The notes: generated from the letters alone by a model not told the origin. 64,000 nt of DNA from Bordetella parapertussis (GCA_945892985.1 CAMDDU010000005.1:83254-147253), one strand, 5' to 3'; shown: positions 16,834-27,928, numbered from the stretch's first letter. Numbers and translations: made by a program.

Positions 16834-18492
16834 GTGGAGAAAATCGCGGTGGAGCAAATCGTAGTGGAGCAGGCCGCGGTGGCGCAAACGCAGGTGGTGG
16901 TGGTGGGGGCGGGGCCCTGCGGTGTGACCATCGCCAATTACCTGGGCATGTATGGCATACGGACGCTGCTGGTGGACCGCAGCCGCGACATACTCGATTA
17001 CCCGCGCGCCGTCGGTGCCGATGACGAAACCATACGCGCCTGGCAGGCGGTGGGCCTGGCCGAACAGACGCTGGCCGACATGATCTGCAACGTGCCGGCG
17101 CGCTATCACAACTCATTGGGGCGCTGCTTTGCCGAGGTACGCCCCAGCGCGCAGCCCTTTGGCTGGCCGCGGCGCAATATTTTCATGCAGCCGCTGACCG
17201 AGGCGGCGCTGCGCCAGGGCCTGGTGCGCTATCCGAACGTCAGCACGCTGCTCGGCTGGGAGCTCGAAACGCTGGAGCAGGACGCGGACGGCGTGAATGT
17301 CCGCCTCAAGTCGGACGGCGGTGAGGAGCGCAAGCTGCGCTGCGATTACCTTGTCGGCGCCGATGGCGGGCGCAGCACGGTGCGCGGCCTGCTCGGCGTG
17401 GAGCTCACCGGCAAGACGCTGCCCTCCAAATGGCTGGTGGTGGATGTCAAAGATGACACGCTTTACGCGCCCTTCTCCGGCGTGTACTGCCACCCCAAGG
17501 GCGTGCACATGTGCATCGATTTGCCCTATGGCTACCGGCGTTTTGAGTTTGTGTTGCAACCCGGGGACACCGAGGAGTCGATACAGGCACCCGAGCACAT
17601 CGCCGGGCTGATGCGCCCGCATTATGCCCAGGGCCAGGCGCTGCCGACCATCAAGCGCGCCCGCGTCTACACCCACCACGCGCGTATCGCCGCGCGCTTC
17701 CAGGTCGGGCGCGCCTTTCTCGCCGGCGACGCCGCGCATTTGCAGCCGCCGTTTTTCGGCCAGGGTATGAACTCGGGCATACGCGACGCCAGCAACATCG
17801 CCTGGAAGCTGTCGGCGGTGATCAAGGGCCGCGCGGCGCCGAAAATTCTCGCCACCTATGACACCGAGCGGCGCGACCACGCGCTGGCGATGGTGAAGAT
17901 TGCCACCTGGTTGGGCGATTTTTATCGCCCGCGTAACCGCTTTACCGAAATGTGCCGCGATGTTTTTTTTGATTGCATCCAGCGCCTGCCCAGCGTGCGC
18001 GATTATTTTTTGCAATTGCGCTTCAAGCCGATGCCGCGCTACACCGCGGGCATTGTCCTGCACGGGCAGGGTGGCAGCGGGGCGGCGATTGCCAAAGCCT
18101 CGCCGGTAGGGCGCATGTTCATGCAGCCGCGTGTCGAAACAGCCGAGGGTCGCGCGCTCAAGCTCGATGACGCCATCGGCCCCTGGTTTGCGCTCGTTGG
18201 CATCAACATCGATCCTGCGGCACATCTGAACCCGGAGGAGAAGGCATTCTGGAAGCGCCTCGGGGCGCGGCTGGTGCAGGTGAACAAGTCGCGCCGGGGC
18301 ACGCACGGCGTGGCGCCCACCGATCCGGACACACTGGTGCTCGATGATGTCGATGGCGCGTTTCGCGACTGGCTGTCGGCCGGCCCGTCGCAAGAGCTGA
18401 TTGTGCTGCGCCCCGACCGCTACGTTGCGGCGGTGTGCAGCCGTGACGGTTTGGGTGGCGTGACCCGGGCGCTGCGCGCACTGCTCGACTGA
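16834..18492 (+). CDS. FAD-dependent aromatic-ring monooxygenase, MhpA-like (3-(3-hydroxyphenyl)propionate hydroxylase family)
   Basis: Motifs: VVVVGAGPCGVTIANYL, DGGRSTVR, and GRAFLAGDAAHLQPPFFGQGMNSGIRDA. The start is ambiguous within four 15-nt GTG-initiated repeats (16834-16893). Confidence 0.85.
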   Translation: MEKIAVEQIVVEQAAVAQTQVVVVGAGPCGVTIANYLGMYGIRTLLVDRSRDILDYPRAVGADDETIRAWQAVGLAEQTLADMICNVPARYHNSLGRCFAEVRPSAQPFGWPRRNIFMQPLTEAALRQGLVRYPNVSTLLGWELETLEQDADGVNVRLKSDGGEERKLRCDYLVGADGGRSTVRGLLGVELTGKTLPSKWLVVDVKDDTLYAPFSGVYCHPKGVHMCIDLPYGYRRFEFVLQPGDTEESIQAPEHIAGLMRPHYAQGQALPTIKRARVYTHHARIAARFQVGRAFLAGDAAHLQPPFFGQGMNSGIRDASNIAWKLSAVIKGRAAPKILATYDTERRDHALAMVKIATWLGDFYRPRNRFTEMCRDVFFDCIQRLPSVRDYFLQLRFKPMPRYTAGIVLHGQGGSGAAIAKASPVGRMFMQPRVETAEGRALKLDDAIGPWFALVGINIDPAAHLNPEEKAFWKRLGARLVQVNKSRRGTHGVAPTDPDTLVLDDVDGAFRDWLSAGPSQELIVLRPDRYVAAVCSRDGLGGVTRALRALLD

Positions 18493-18635
18493 AGAGACCG
18501 AAGAATCTGCACAGACTGAAGGGCTGGTCGTCGCGCGCCGGCCATGGTGATTAGATTGCTTAAGCGCTTACACGGTTACACTGGGTCACTGCCGCCAAGC
18601 GCGCGGCTAAGCCCCCTTGCCCTGTCCCGTCCACC

Positions 18636-19136
18636 ATGAACACACTGCTGCCGATCGCCGCCCGCGTTGCCGACGTTCTTAAAGCGCGGCAACAAACCCT
18701 TGTCGTCGCCGAAGCCTCGTGCGGCGGGCTGATCTCGGCGGCCTTGCTGGCGGTGCCGGGCGCGTCGGCCTACTTCCTCGGTGGTGTGGTGGTCTATACG
18801 GCCAAGGCACGCATCGCGCTGCTGCAGATTCCACCCGAGGCCATGCAGGGCCTGCGCGCTTCGACCGAAGCCTATGCACGGCTGCTGGCGGGCACCGCAC
18901 GGGCGCGCTTTGGTGCCGATTGGGCGCTGGCCGAATCGGGCGCGGCCGGGCCTGCCGGCAACCGCTATGGTGACGCGGCGGGACATGTGTGCATTGCCGT
19001 CGCCGGTGCGCTTGAGGCGGCGGTGACGGTGGAGACAGGCCGCAACGAGCGCGCCGAAAACATGCGCGCGTTTGCCGCGCTGGCGCTGGAGCAGTTGTTG
19101 TCGGCGCTGCAAAAAGCGCCGCCTGCGAGCGCCTGA
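18636..19136 (+). CDS. CinA C-terminal domain / PncC-like nicotinamide-nucleotide amidohydrolase family protein
   Basis: VVAEASCGGLISAALLAVPGAS, then GGVVVY, then ESGAAGP are the CinA_C signature order. Confidence 0.75.
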   Translation: MNTLLPIAARVADVLKARQQTLVVAEASCGGLISAALLAVPGASAYFLGGVVVYTAKARIALLQIPPEAMQGLRASTEAYARLLAGTARARFGADWALAESGAAGPAGNRYGDAAGHVCIAVAGALEAAVTVETGRNERAENMRAFAALALEQLLSALQKAPPASA

Positions 19137-19174
19137 TTTATAAACTTTCATACGTGAAAACCGGCTTCAGACGG

Positions 19175-19729
19175 ATGTTTCAGGACGATAAAGGTGACGG
19201 AACTGTCACCACTAAGGCTGTCCGCGCTGGACTTGTCACGGCGCGGCCTTGCGATGCCGGCTTCAGCTTGATCGAATTGATGGTGGTGGTAGGCATCATC
19301 GCCATACTCGCGCTGATGATGATTCCCGGCTATCAGGACAAGCTGATCCGGGACCAGATTGTCGAGGCCATGCCGCTGGCCGACATTGCCAAGTTGCCGG
19401 TGGCGCTGAGCAGGACCCTTGCGCAGGTTTTTCCCGCCGACAACACCGAGGCGGGCTTGCCCGTGGCTGACAAGATCGTCAATAACTTCATCAGCGCGGT
19501 GAGCGTGCAGGCGGGGGCGGTTCATATCACTTTTGGTAACCGCGCCAACGGCAATATCCGCGGCAAGGTCCTGAGCTTGCGTCCGGCCACGGTGGAGGAC
19601 GCGCCCATCGTGCCGGTCACCTGGGTGTGCGGCTATGCCGCGCCGCCGGCGAAAATGACCGTCAAGGGTGAGAACAAGACCACTATAGCGGCCAATTTCC
19701 TGCCCTTCATTTGCCGCGCTCCCGGATGA
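19175..19729 (+). CDS. Type IV pilin (prepilin-type N-terminal cleavage/methylation domain)
   Basis: G|FSLIELMVVVGIIAILALMMIPGY with Glu at +5. A C-terminal Cys pair (WVCGY...FICR) fits a disulfide loop. The only in-frame starts are the ATG at 19175 and the GTG at 19154, giving a 29- or 36-aa leader. Confidence 0.8.
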   Translation: MFQDDKGDGTVTTKAVRAGLVTARPCDAGFSLIELMVVVGIIAILALMMIPGYQDKLIRDQIVEAMPLADIAKLPVALSRTLAQVFPADNTEAGLPVADKIVNNFISAVSVQAGAVHITFGNRANGNIRGKVLSLRPATVEDAPIVPVTWVCGYAAPPAKMTVKGENKTTIAANFLPFICRAPG

Positions 19730-19749
19730 ATAAGCCGGGAGAAGCAAAC

Positions 19750-19777
19750 AAAAAAGGCGGCCTAGGCCGCCTTTTTA
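19750..19777. terminator. Bidirectional rho-independent terminator between the pilin gene (+) and rpoH (-)
   Basis: aaaaaaGGCGGCCtaGGCCGCCttttta: a perfect 7-bp GC stem flanked by an A-run and a T-run. Confidence 0.75.
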
Positions 19778-19844
19778 TGTGCGCCCGGCACGGGCGCACT
19801 CTTGGTGCGCATGCTGCACGCGAACCTTTGCCGGCACGGCCGAA

Positions 19845-20702
<858 letters not shown>

Positions 20703-20831
20703 TTTGGCATCTCCTTCGGGTGCAGGTGTGACGGCCGGACTTGCCAGAGCCGTAGAATCCCCCTGTGATCCTCCACGCTCATTTTAGCACTCTGGAGATT
20801 GGAGTGCTAATTGGGGGATTGGTTCCCGTGT

Positions 20832-21740
20832 TTAGCGCGGTTCAATCTGCCATAAGTGCTTACTTACTGATAAATAAGCTCCGGCCCAGCCGAGGCCAGC
20901 CGAAAAAGCCAGGAAATGCAAGGCGGCTTGCCAGTCCAAGGCCTGAAGGCGGAAATTGGAGTCGTAGGTGGCGGCAAACCGGGCAATTTCAAGATTCATC
21001 AGCCCGCCGGCCAGCGCCAGTATGACCAGCGCGATGACACCGCCCAAGCCGCCTTGCAAGATGCCCAGGTAAAAAAATGGCCGTCGGATAAAGGCATTGG
21101 TGGCCCCGATCAGCTTGGACACCTCGATTTCGTCGCGCAGGGTCAGGATTTGCAGCCGGATGGTGTTGAAGGTAACGGCGATCAGGCCCACTGCTAGCAA
21201 GGCGGTGAGTACGAACACGGCGATACGCACCAGGCCGAGCAGTGCGTCCAGCCGGCGGATGAAGGCCGAATCGAGTTGCACGTGGGCCACTTTGGGTAGT
21301 TTTGCCAGGTCGCGACTGAGGAGCTCGGCGGTGGTGGTATCGCTGCCGGCCAGTTCGATGACAAAGGCATCGGGGAGAGGATTGCTTTGCAGGGTGCCCA
21401 GGATGTCGCCCATGCCCTCGTTTTTTTTCAGCTCGGCCAGGGCTTGGTCGCGCGGCACAAAGCGGTGTTTTTTGGCCGCCGGGGACGCCTTGATGGCGCT
21501 GACGACTTGGGCGATGTCCGTCGCCGCGGCGTTGGCGGACATGAACACGCTCATTTCGGGCGCGGTAGCGAGCAGGCCGGCGACGCGCTGCATGTTGAGC
21601 AGCAGCACGTAGGCACCCAGGGGCAGCGCCAGCGCCACGCCGATGACCAGCACATTAAGCGCCGAGGACAGCGGGGCCTGCTTGAGTCGCGCCCGGGTGG
21701 TGCGAAAGCTTTGCACATGCTGATGAAACCAGGCTTTCAT
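20832..21740 (-). CDS. ftsX: Cell division ABC transporter permease FtsX
   Basis: Four TM segments and a periplasmic loop. ATGA overlap with ftsE. Conserved ftsYEX order. Confidence 0.9.
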   Translation of the reverse strand: MKAWFHQHVQSFRTTRARLKQAPLSSALNVLVIGVALALPLGAYVLLLNMQRVAGLLATAPEMSVFMSANAAATDIAQVVSAIKASPAAKKHRFVPRDQALAELKKNEGMGDILGTLQSNPLPDAFVIELAGSDTTTAELLSRDLAKLPKVAHVQLDSAFIRRLDALLGLVRIAVFVLTALLAVGLIAVTFNTIRLQILTLRDEIEVSKLIGATNAFIRRPFFYLGILQGGLGGVIALVILALAGGLMNLEIARFAATYDSNFRLQALDWQAALHFLAFSAGLGWAGAYLSVSKHLWQIEPR

Positions 21741-22489
21741 GCGCCCGCCTCAAGCCCAAGCCTGCCGTGGTCAAGTTGCAGTACGCGTGCGCCGTCGGCC
21801 TGGTGACGTGCGCTGAGCTTGCTGTCGTGTGTGGCGATGAGCACGGTGACGCCGACATCGTGGAAAGATTTGAACATTGCCATGATGTCGGCGGCGTAGT
21901 CGGCATCGAGGTTGGCGGTGGGCTCGTCGGCGAGCAGGATGCCGGGCCGGTTGACGATGGCGCGGGCGATGCAAAGCCGTTGTTGTTCGCCACCCGAGAG
22001 CGTGACCGGGTTGGCTTTTTCGCGCGCCAGCAGCCCGACCTTGTCGAGCGCCGCGCGGGCGCGTCTGGCCGCCTCGGCTGGCGAGCTGCCCGATAACTGC
22101 AGCGGCAGCAGCACGTTCTCCAGCGCGTTCCGGTCGTGTAGCAGCTTCTGGTCCTGGAAGATCAGGCCGAGGTTGCGCCGCAGGTAGGGGATGGCGGTGC
22201 GCTTCATCGCGCTGACATTCTGGCCGTTGATCAGTACCGCGCCGGCGGAGGCGCGTTCTATCGCCGGCACCAGCTTGAGCAGCGTGCTTTTCCCGGCGCC
22301 CGAGTGGCCGGAAATGAACACCAGTTCACCCGGGGCGATGTCAAAGCTGATCGAGGTCAGCGCTTCGTAACCGCCGGGGTAGCGTTTGCTGACATTGCGG
22401 AAGCTGATCGCCGGCGTGACCGCGGGCGTCGCGTTTTGCGTCCCCGGGTGCTTGGCGGGTGACGGCGATGCGCGAATGAATTCAGCCAT
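21737..22489 (-). CDS. ftsE: Cell division ATP-binding protein FtsE
   Basis: Walker A GHSGAGKST, signature LSGGEQQR, Walker B ILLADEPT. An N-terminal extension of about 27 aa precedes the usual start. Confidence 0.9.
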   Translation of the reverse strand: MAEFIRASPSPAKHPGTQNATPAVTPAISFRNVSKRYPGGYEALTSISFDIAPGELVFISGHSGAGKSTLLKLVPAIERASAGAVLINGQNVSAMKRTAIPYLRRNLGLIFQDQKLLHDRNALENVLLPLQLSGSSPAEAARRARAALDKVGLLAREKANPVTLSGGEQQRLCIARAIVNRPGILLADEPTANLDADYAADIMAMFKSFHDVGVTVLIATHDSKLSARHQADGARVLQLDHGRLGLEAGA

Positions 22490-22500
22490 GCCGGGGCGCT

Positions 22501-23523
22501 TTAGTCGAGCAGTGCGGCGACAAAATCGGCGGCGACGAAGGGCCGCAGGTCATCCAGACCCTCGCCGACGCCGATGAAGCGCAGCGGGATGGCTTGCTGC
22601 TTGAGGTTTTTGGAGCGCGTCAGCGCGATGGCGGCGAGGACGCCGCCCTTGGCGGTGCCGTCGAGTTTGGTGACGATCAGGCCGGTGAGCCCCAGTGCCT
22701 CGTCGAAGGCCTTGACCTGGGCGATGGCGTTCTGGCCGGTGTTACCGTCGATGACCAGCCAGATCTCGTGCGGCGCGCCCGGTTCGGCCTTGGCGATGAC
22801 ACGCTTGACCTTTTTTAGCTCTTCCATCAGGTGGACCTGGGTCGGCAGCCGGCCTGCGGTGTCGGCAAGCACGATGTCACTGCCGCGCGCGCGGCCGGCG
22901 CTGATGGCGTCGAACATCACCGCGCTGGCGTCGCCGCCCTGCTGCGAGATGACCGCGACACCGTTGCGCTCGCCCCAGGCGGCAAGCTGTTCGCGCGCGG
23001 CCGCGCGGAAGGTGTCGCCGGCGGCGAGCAGCAGTTTGTAACCGGCCTGCTGGTAATGCTGCGCGAGTTTGCCGATGGACGTGGTTTTGCCGGCGCCGTT
23101 GACGCCGACCATCATCACCACCCAGGGGCGCGTTGTGCTCGGTTGCGCGGTTTGCTCCAGCGGCGCGAGCAGCGCGAGCAATTCTTCGGCCAGAACCCGC
23201 TTGAGTTGCGCCGCCTCGGACAAGCCCTCCTTGCGTGCGCGCACGCGCATGCGCCCGAGCAGGAATTGCGTCGCCTCGACGCCGGCGTCGGCGGAGAGCA
23301 GCACGGCTTCGAGCTCGTCGTAAAGCGCGTCGTCGATCTTGCCCAGACCGAACAAGCCGCCAAGCTGGCTGCCGGTGCGGCGCAGGCCGCCCTTGAGGCG
23401 CGCCAGCCAACCCGTGCGTGCGGGTTCCGCGTCCGCGCCTGTGGTGGTGGCGGTGGTGGCGACGGCCTCAGGCGTGGCCTCGGGAAGGGATTTTTTCTTG
23501 AGAAAGCTCAACATAGTCTGCAC
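22501..23523 (-). CDS. ftsY: Signal recognition particle receptor FtsY
   Basis: NG domain motifs: GVNGAGKTT, DTAGR, TKLDGTAKGG. The start is the GTG at 23523 or the ATG at 23514. Confidence 0.9.
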   Translation of the reverse strand: MQTMLSFLKKKSLPEATPEAVATTATTTGADAEPARTGWLARLKGGLRRTGSQLGGLFGLGKIDDALYDELEAVLLSADAGVEATQFLLGRMRVRARKEGLSEAAQLKRVLAEELLALLAPLEQTAQPSTTRPWVVMMVGVNGAGKTTSIGKLAQHYQQAGYKLLLAAGDTFRAAAREQLAAWGERNGVAVISQQGGDASAVMFDAISAGRARGSDIVLADTAGRLPTQVHLMEELKKVKRVIAKAEPGAPHEIWLVIDGNTGQNAIAQVKAFDEALGLTGLIVTKLDGTAKGGVLAAIALTRSKNLKQQAIPLRFIGVGEGLDDLRPFVAADFVAALLD

Positions 23524-23641
23524 CGCGGCGCGGGACGGTAAAATACACGGTCAATACTGCGGTAATTCTAGCAGAGGACACTAGGCCATCCTGGCAAGAA
23601 ACAGCAGGCGAAACGCGGCGCGCAACATCGCGCCGAACACA

Positions 23642-24219
23642 ATGCCAAACGCAAGACGAAAGCAGGGGGGCAACAGCGTACGCATCATCGGCGGGGTGTG
23701 GCGCAGTCGCGTGCTGCGCTTTCCGGATGCGACCGGCTTGCGCCCCAGTCCCGATCGCGTGCGCGAAACCTTGTTTAACTGGCTAGGGCAGGATTTGACC
23801 GGGCTCGCCTGCCTTGATCTGTTTGCCGGCAGCGGGGCGCTCGGATTTGAGGCCGCATCGCGCGGCGCGCGCAGCGTGGTGATGACCGAGGACGACCGCG
23901 CCGCCGCCGCCGCGTTGCGCGCCAATGCCATTTTGCTCGATGCCAAAAGCTGGCGACTGGTCGCAGGTGATGCGCTAGAATTCCTGCGTTTGCACCGTGC
24001 GGGGCACCCCGGTGCTTTGTTTGACGTGGTGTTCCTTGATCCGCCGTTTGGCACGGACCTGCTTGCGCGGGTGATGCCCTTGCTGCCGCAGGTATTGGCG
24101 CCGGGGGCACGCGTCTATGTCGAGAGCGATGAAGCTTTGAAGGTGCCGGAGGGTTGGGAACTGCTCAAGCAGGGCAAGGCCGGCGTCGTGCACTATCACC
24201 TTATGCAGAGAGTCCAATC

Positions 24220-24223
<4 letters not shown>
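23642..24223 (+). CDS. rsmD: 16S rRNA (guanine966-N2)-methyltransferase RsmD
   Basis: [40 protein letters not shown] and DPPF motifs. It is divergent from ftsY, as in E. coli. Confidence 0.85.
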
Positions 24224-24989
<766 letters not shown>

Positions 24990-25113
24990 ATTCCCCGCTT
25001 TTATTTGTCTAAAGCCGCTTCAGCCGCGGCTTTCCAGTCAATTTGCATGACGAAATTGTCACGCCCTTGATACCCTTGCGTGTATTGCCGGCGTGGTGAC
25101 GGGGGTCGCCGCG

Positions 25114-25944
25114 CTATTTCTGGCAGGACGGGCAATAAAAAGTCGAGCGCTGCCCCATGCGTTTTACCCTGATCGTGGTGGCGCAAACCCGGCAGGGCAG
25201 GCCGTCGCGGCCGTAGACAAAATACGCCTGCTGGAAGTAACCCGATGAGCCGTCGGCGTGGACGAAATCGCGCAGGCTGCTTCCGCCGGCCTTGAGCGCT
25301 TTTTCCAGGGTCTCGCGCACGGTGTCGACCAGGCGTGCGCAACGCGCCAGACTGACGCGCCCGGCGCGTGTCGCCGGGTTGATGCGGGCGTGGAACAGGC
25401 TTTCGTTGGCGTAAATGTTGCCAACGCCAACGACCATTTTGTGGTCCATCAGCGCCAGCTTGACCGCCGCGCTGCGGCCGTGCATCGCCGCATGCAGAAA
25501 TTTCGCGTTGAACTGTTCTTCCAGTGGTTCGACGCCGAGCCCGGCAATCAGCGGGTGTGCGGTGACGTCCCCGCTCTCCCACAGCACCGCGCCAAAGCGC
25601 CGCGGATCGTGCAGGCGCAACAACTTGTCGCCAAATTCGAGGTCAAAGTGATCGTGTTTCCTCACCGGAGTGCCCCTTGGCAGGATGCGAAGACTGCCCG
25701 ACATGCCCAGATGCAATATCAGCCAGCCGGATTGGCCGGTCTTGGCCTGAACGCAGTCGAGCAGCAGGTACTTGCCGCGCCGGGAAATGCCGCGCACGGT
25801 GCTGCCGCTGAGCTTGCGCTCAATGCCTTGCGGCACCGGCCAGCGCATGCGCCGGTCGCGCACGATGACGCCGGTGATGGTCTGCTTGAGCAGGTGGGGC
25901 GCGATACCGCGGCGGGTTATTTCTACTTCGGGAAGTTCTGGCAT
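25114..25944 (-). CDS. mutM: Formamidopyrimidine-DNA glycosylase
   Basis: N-terminal MPELPEVE, with a C-terminal zinc finger CRVCATTI...STFYCPSCQ. Start is the ATG at 25944. Confidence 0.95.
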   Translation of the reverse strand: MPELPEVEITRRGIAPHLLKQTITGVIVRDRRMRWPVPQGIERKLSGSTVRGISRRGKYLLLDCVQAKTGQSGWLILHLGMSGSLRILPRGTPVRKHDHFDLEFGDKLLRLHDPRRFGAVLWESGDVTAHPLIAGLGVEPLEEQFNAKFLHAAMHGRSAAVKLALMDHKMVVGVGNIYANESLFHARINPATRAGRVSLARCARLVDTVRETLEKALKAGGSSLRDFVHADGSSGYFQQAYFVYGRDGLPCRVCATTIRVKRMGQRSTFYCPSCQK

Positions 25945-26113
25945 GGCTTTGCGACTGGCACGAAACGCGGGTAGCGCAATATACAAGGTCGGGAGGCCGC
26001 CGGCCTTGCTGCGGTGCCGGCAGTTGAAAATAATAGCGCCACGGCTCGTGTTGCGGCCCTATTCCCGCCAGCCTGCTAAACTGGCTCATCCTGCACAAAT
26101 TCCCCGAGCACCC

Positions 26114-27928
26114 ATGCCTTCTTTTGCCGCAGTCCCCCGCCTTTCACCTGCCGCCCCGACTTCGTCGGCCTGGCGCCGGCTGGCGCTGGTGCTCGCTTGT
26201 ACGCTGCTCGCCGCTTGCGCGCAAAAGCCGCTCGCGCAGGCGCAAGCGGGCGACCAGGAGGACGATGAAGAGGATGAGCAAAATGTAAGCGCCCAGGCGC
26301 AGGCCCCGGCGGCAAAGTTGCCGCTCTCGGCTTTGCCCAACATGGAACTCAACGGCGGCATGTTGTACGAATTCTTGCTTGCCGAGGTCGCGCTGCAGCG
26401 CGGGAATGTCGGACTTGCTGCGCAGGCTTATGTCGATCTGGCGAAAAAAACCCGCGATCCGCGCGTGGCCAAACGCGCCACTGAAATCGCGCTCTACGCG
26501 CGCATGTCGGGCATCGCCACCGAATCTGCGCGCATCTGGCTCGAAACCGAGCCGCAGTCGGCGCAGGCCTTGCAGACGCTCACCGGTTTGCTCGTCAGCA
26601 CCAATCGCCTGAACGAGGCGCAGCCCTATCTGAAATCCCTGCTGGTCTCCGGGGGGCGCAGTCCGGCCGACGGTTTTTTGCAGCTTAACCGCCTGCTTGG
26701 CAGCAACCCGGACAAGGCCGCGACCCTGCGCACGATTCAAGGCCTGGCGACGGCGTTCCCGGACCTGCCCGAGGCGAAGTTTGCCATCGCGCAGGCGGCG
26801 CTTGCCGCCGGTCAGGACCCGCTCGCGTTGGTGCAGGTCCGCGAAGCGGCCTCGATGCGGCCCGACTGGGAGCTTGCGGCGCTGTTCGAGGCGCGGCTGT
26901 TGCAAAAAACTTCGGTGAGTGCCGCGCGCGAACGCCTTGCAGCGTACCTGAAGCGCAACCCCAAGGCGCGCGAAGCGCGCATGAGCTATGCGCGCGCACT
27001 TGTCGCCGAGCAAAAGCTGCCGGAGGCGCACGCCGAGTTCCAGCGCCTGCTGACCGAATTTCCGGACAATCCGGATGTGGTCTACGCGGTCGGCCTGCTG
27101 GCTTTCCAGTTGAACGACTACCCGGCGGCGCGCCAGAGCCTCGAGCGCCTGCTGACGATGAATTTCCGCGATCGCAACACGCTGCGCTTGTATCTGGGGC
27201 AGATTGCCGAGGAAGAGAAAAAGCTTCCCGATGCGCTGCGCTGGTACGGCGAGGTGACGCGTGGCGAGCAGTATCTCAACGCGCAGTTGCGCTATGCCCA
27301 GGTGCTGGCCAAGCAGGGTAACCTGGAGGGCGCACGCTCCCACCTGCGCCAGATCGGTGCGGCCAATGCGCAACAAAAAGGCCAACTGGTGCTGGCCGAG
27401 GCGGCGCTGCTGCGCGATGCCAAACGCGAGCGCGAGGCGTTTGACCTGGTTGCCGGCGCACTCGGCGAGCAGCCGGACAACCCTGATCTGCTGTACGACT
27501 ATGCCATGCTGGCGGAAAAAATAGATCGCATCGATGCGATGGAAACGTCGCTACGAAAACTGATTGTCCTGCGTCCTGATCATGCCCATGCCTACAATGC
27601 GCTGGGCTATTCCTTGGCCGATCGCAATCAGCGCCTGCCCGAAGCCAAGCAGTTGATTGAAAAAGGCCTGTCTCTGGCGCCCAATGATGCGTTCATTCTC
27701 GACAGCATGGGCTGGGTGTTCTACCGCATGGGCGACAACAAGACGGCGATAGAGTATCTGCGGCGCGCTTTTGCCATGCGGCCGGACGCTGAGATTGCGG
27801 CGCACCTGGGTGAAGTGCTGTGGGCCAATGGTGAGCGGGCCGAGGCGGAAAAAATCTGGAGCGACGCGATGCGGCAGTATCCGGGCAATGAAGTCATAGC
27901 CAGCACCATCAAACGCCTCAAACTCTGA
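26114..27928 (+). CDS. Tetratricopeptide-repeat lipoprotein (conserved partner upstream of lolB)
   Basis: The ATG at 26114 gives a signal peptide with lipobox LLAAC, an acidic linker (DQEDDEEDEQ), then many TPR-like helices. The 5' part of ORF 25772.. overlaps mutM on the other strand and was trimmed. Confidence 0.8.
   Translation: MPSFAAVPRLSPAAPTSSAWRRLALVLACTLLAACAQKPLAQAQAGDQEDDEEDEQNVSAQAQAPAAKLPLSALPNMELNGGMLYEFLLAEVALQRGNVGLAAQAYVDLAKKTRDPRVAKRATEIALYARMSGIATESARIWLETEPQSAQALQTLTGLLVSTNRLNEAQPYLKSLLVSGGRSPADGFLQLNRLLGSNPDKAATLRTIQGLATAFPDLPEAKFAIAQAALAAGQDPLALVQVREAASMRPDWELAALFEARLLQKTSVSAARERLAAYLKRNPKAREARMSYARALVAEQKLPEAHAEFQRLLTEFPDNPDVVYAVGLLAFQLNDYPAARQSLERLLTMNFRDRNTLRLYLGQIAEEEKKLPDALRWYGEVTRGEQYLNAQLRYAQVLAKQGNLEGARSHLRQIGAANAQQKGQLVLAEAALLRDAKREREAFDLVAGALGEQPDNPDLLYDYAMLAEKIDRIDAMETSLRKLIVLRPDHAHAYNALGYSLADRNQRLPEAKQLIEKGLSLAPNDAFILDSMGWVFYRMGDNKTAIEYLRRAFAMRPDAEIAAHLGEVLWANGERAEAEKIWSDAMRQYPGNEVIASTIKRLKL

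Noticed and set aside
17113-18393. Long antisense or alternate-frame ORFs inside real genes. This one is the example; the same applies to 26144..27385, 49308..50417, 53399..54766, 44107..45006, 44493..45527, 10960..12093, 7233..8135 and 14902..15723.
   Set aside because: Each lies within a gene whose own frame shows family-specific motifs. Their products are Arg/Ala/Gly/Pro-rich, as expected from GC3-rich coding DNA read in the wrong frame.
25021-25043. Hairpin AAAGCCGC-ttcagcc-GCGGCTTT between the ferredoxin gene and mutM as a terminator
   Set aside because: The stem is real, but no U-run follows on either strand, so a rho-independent terminator call is not supported.
25772-26113. N-terminal 114-codon extension of the TPR lipoprotein ORF
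   Set aside because: It overlaps mutM on the opposite strand. The ATG at 26114 yields a proper signal peptide and lipobox.
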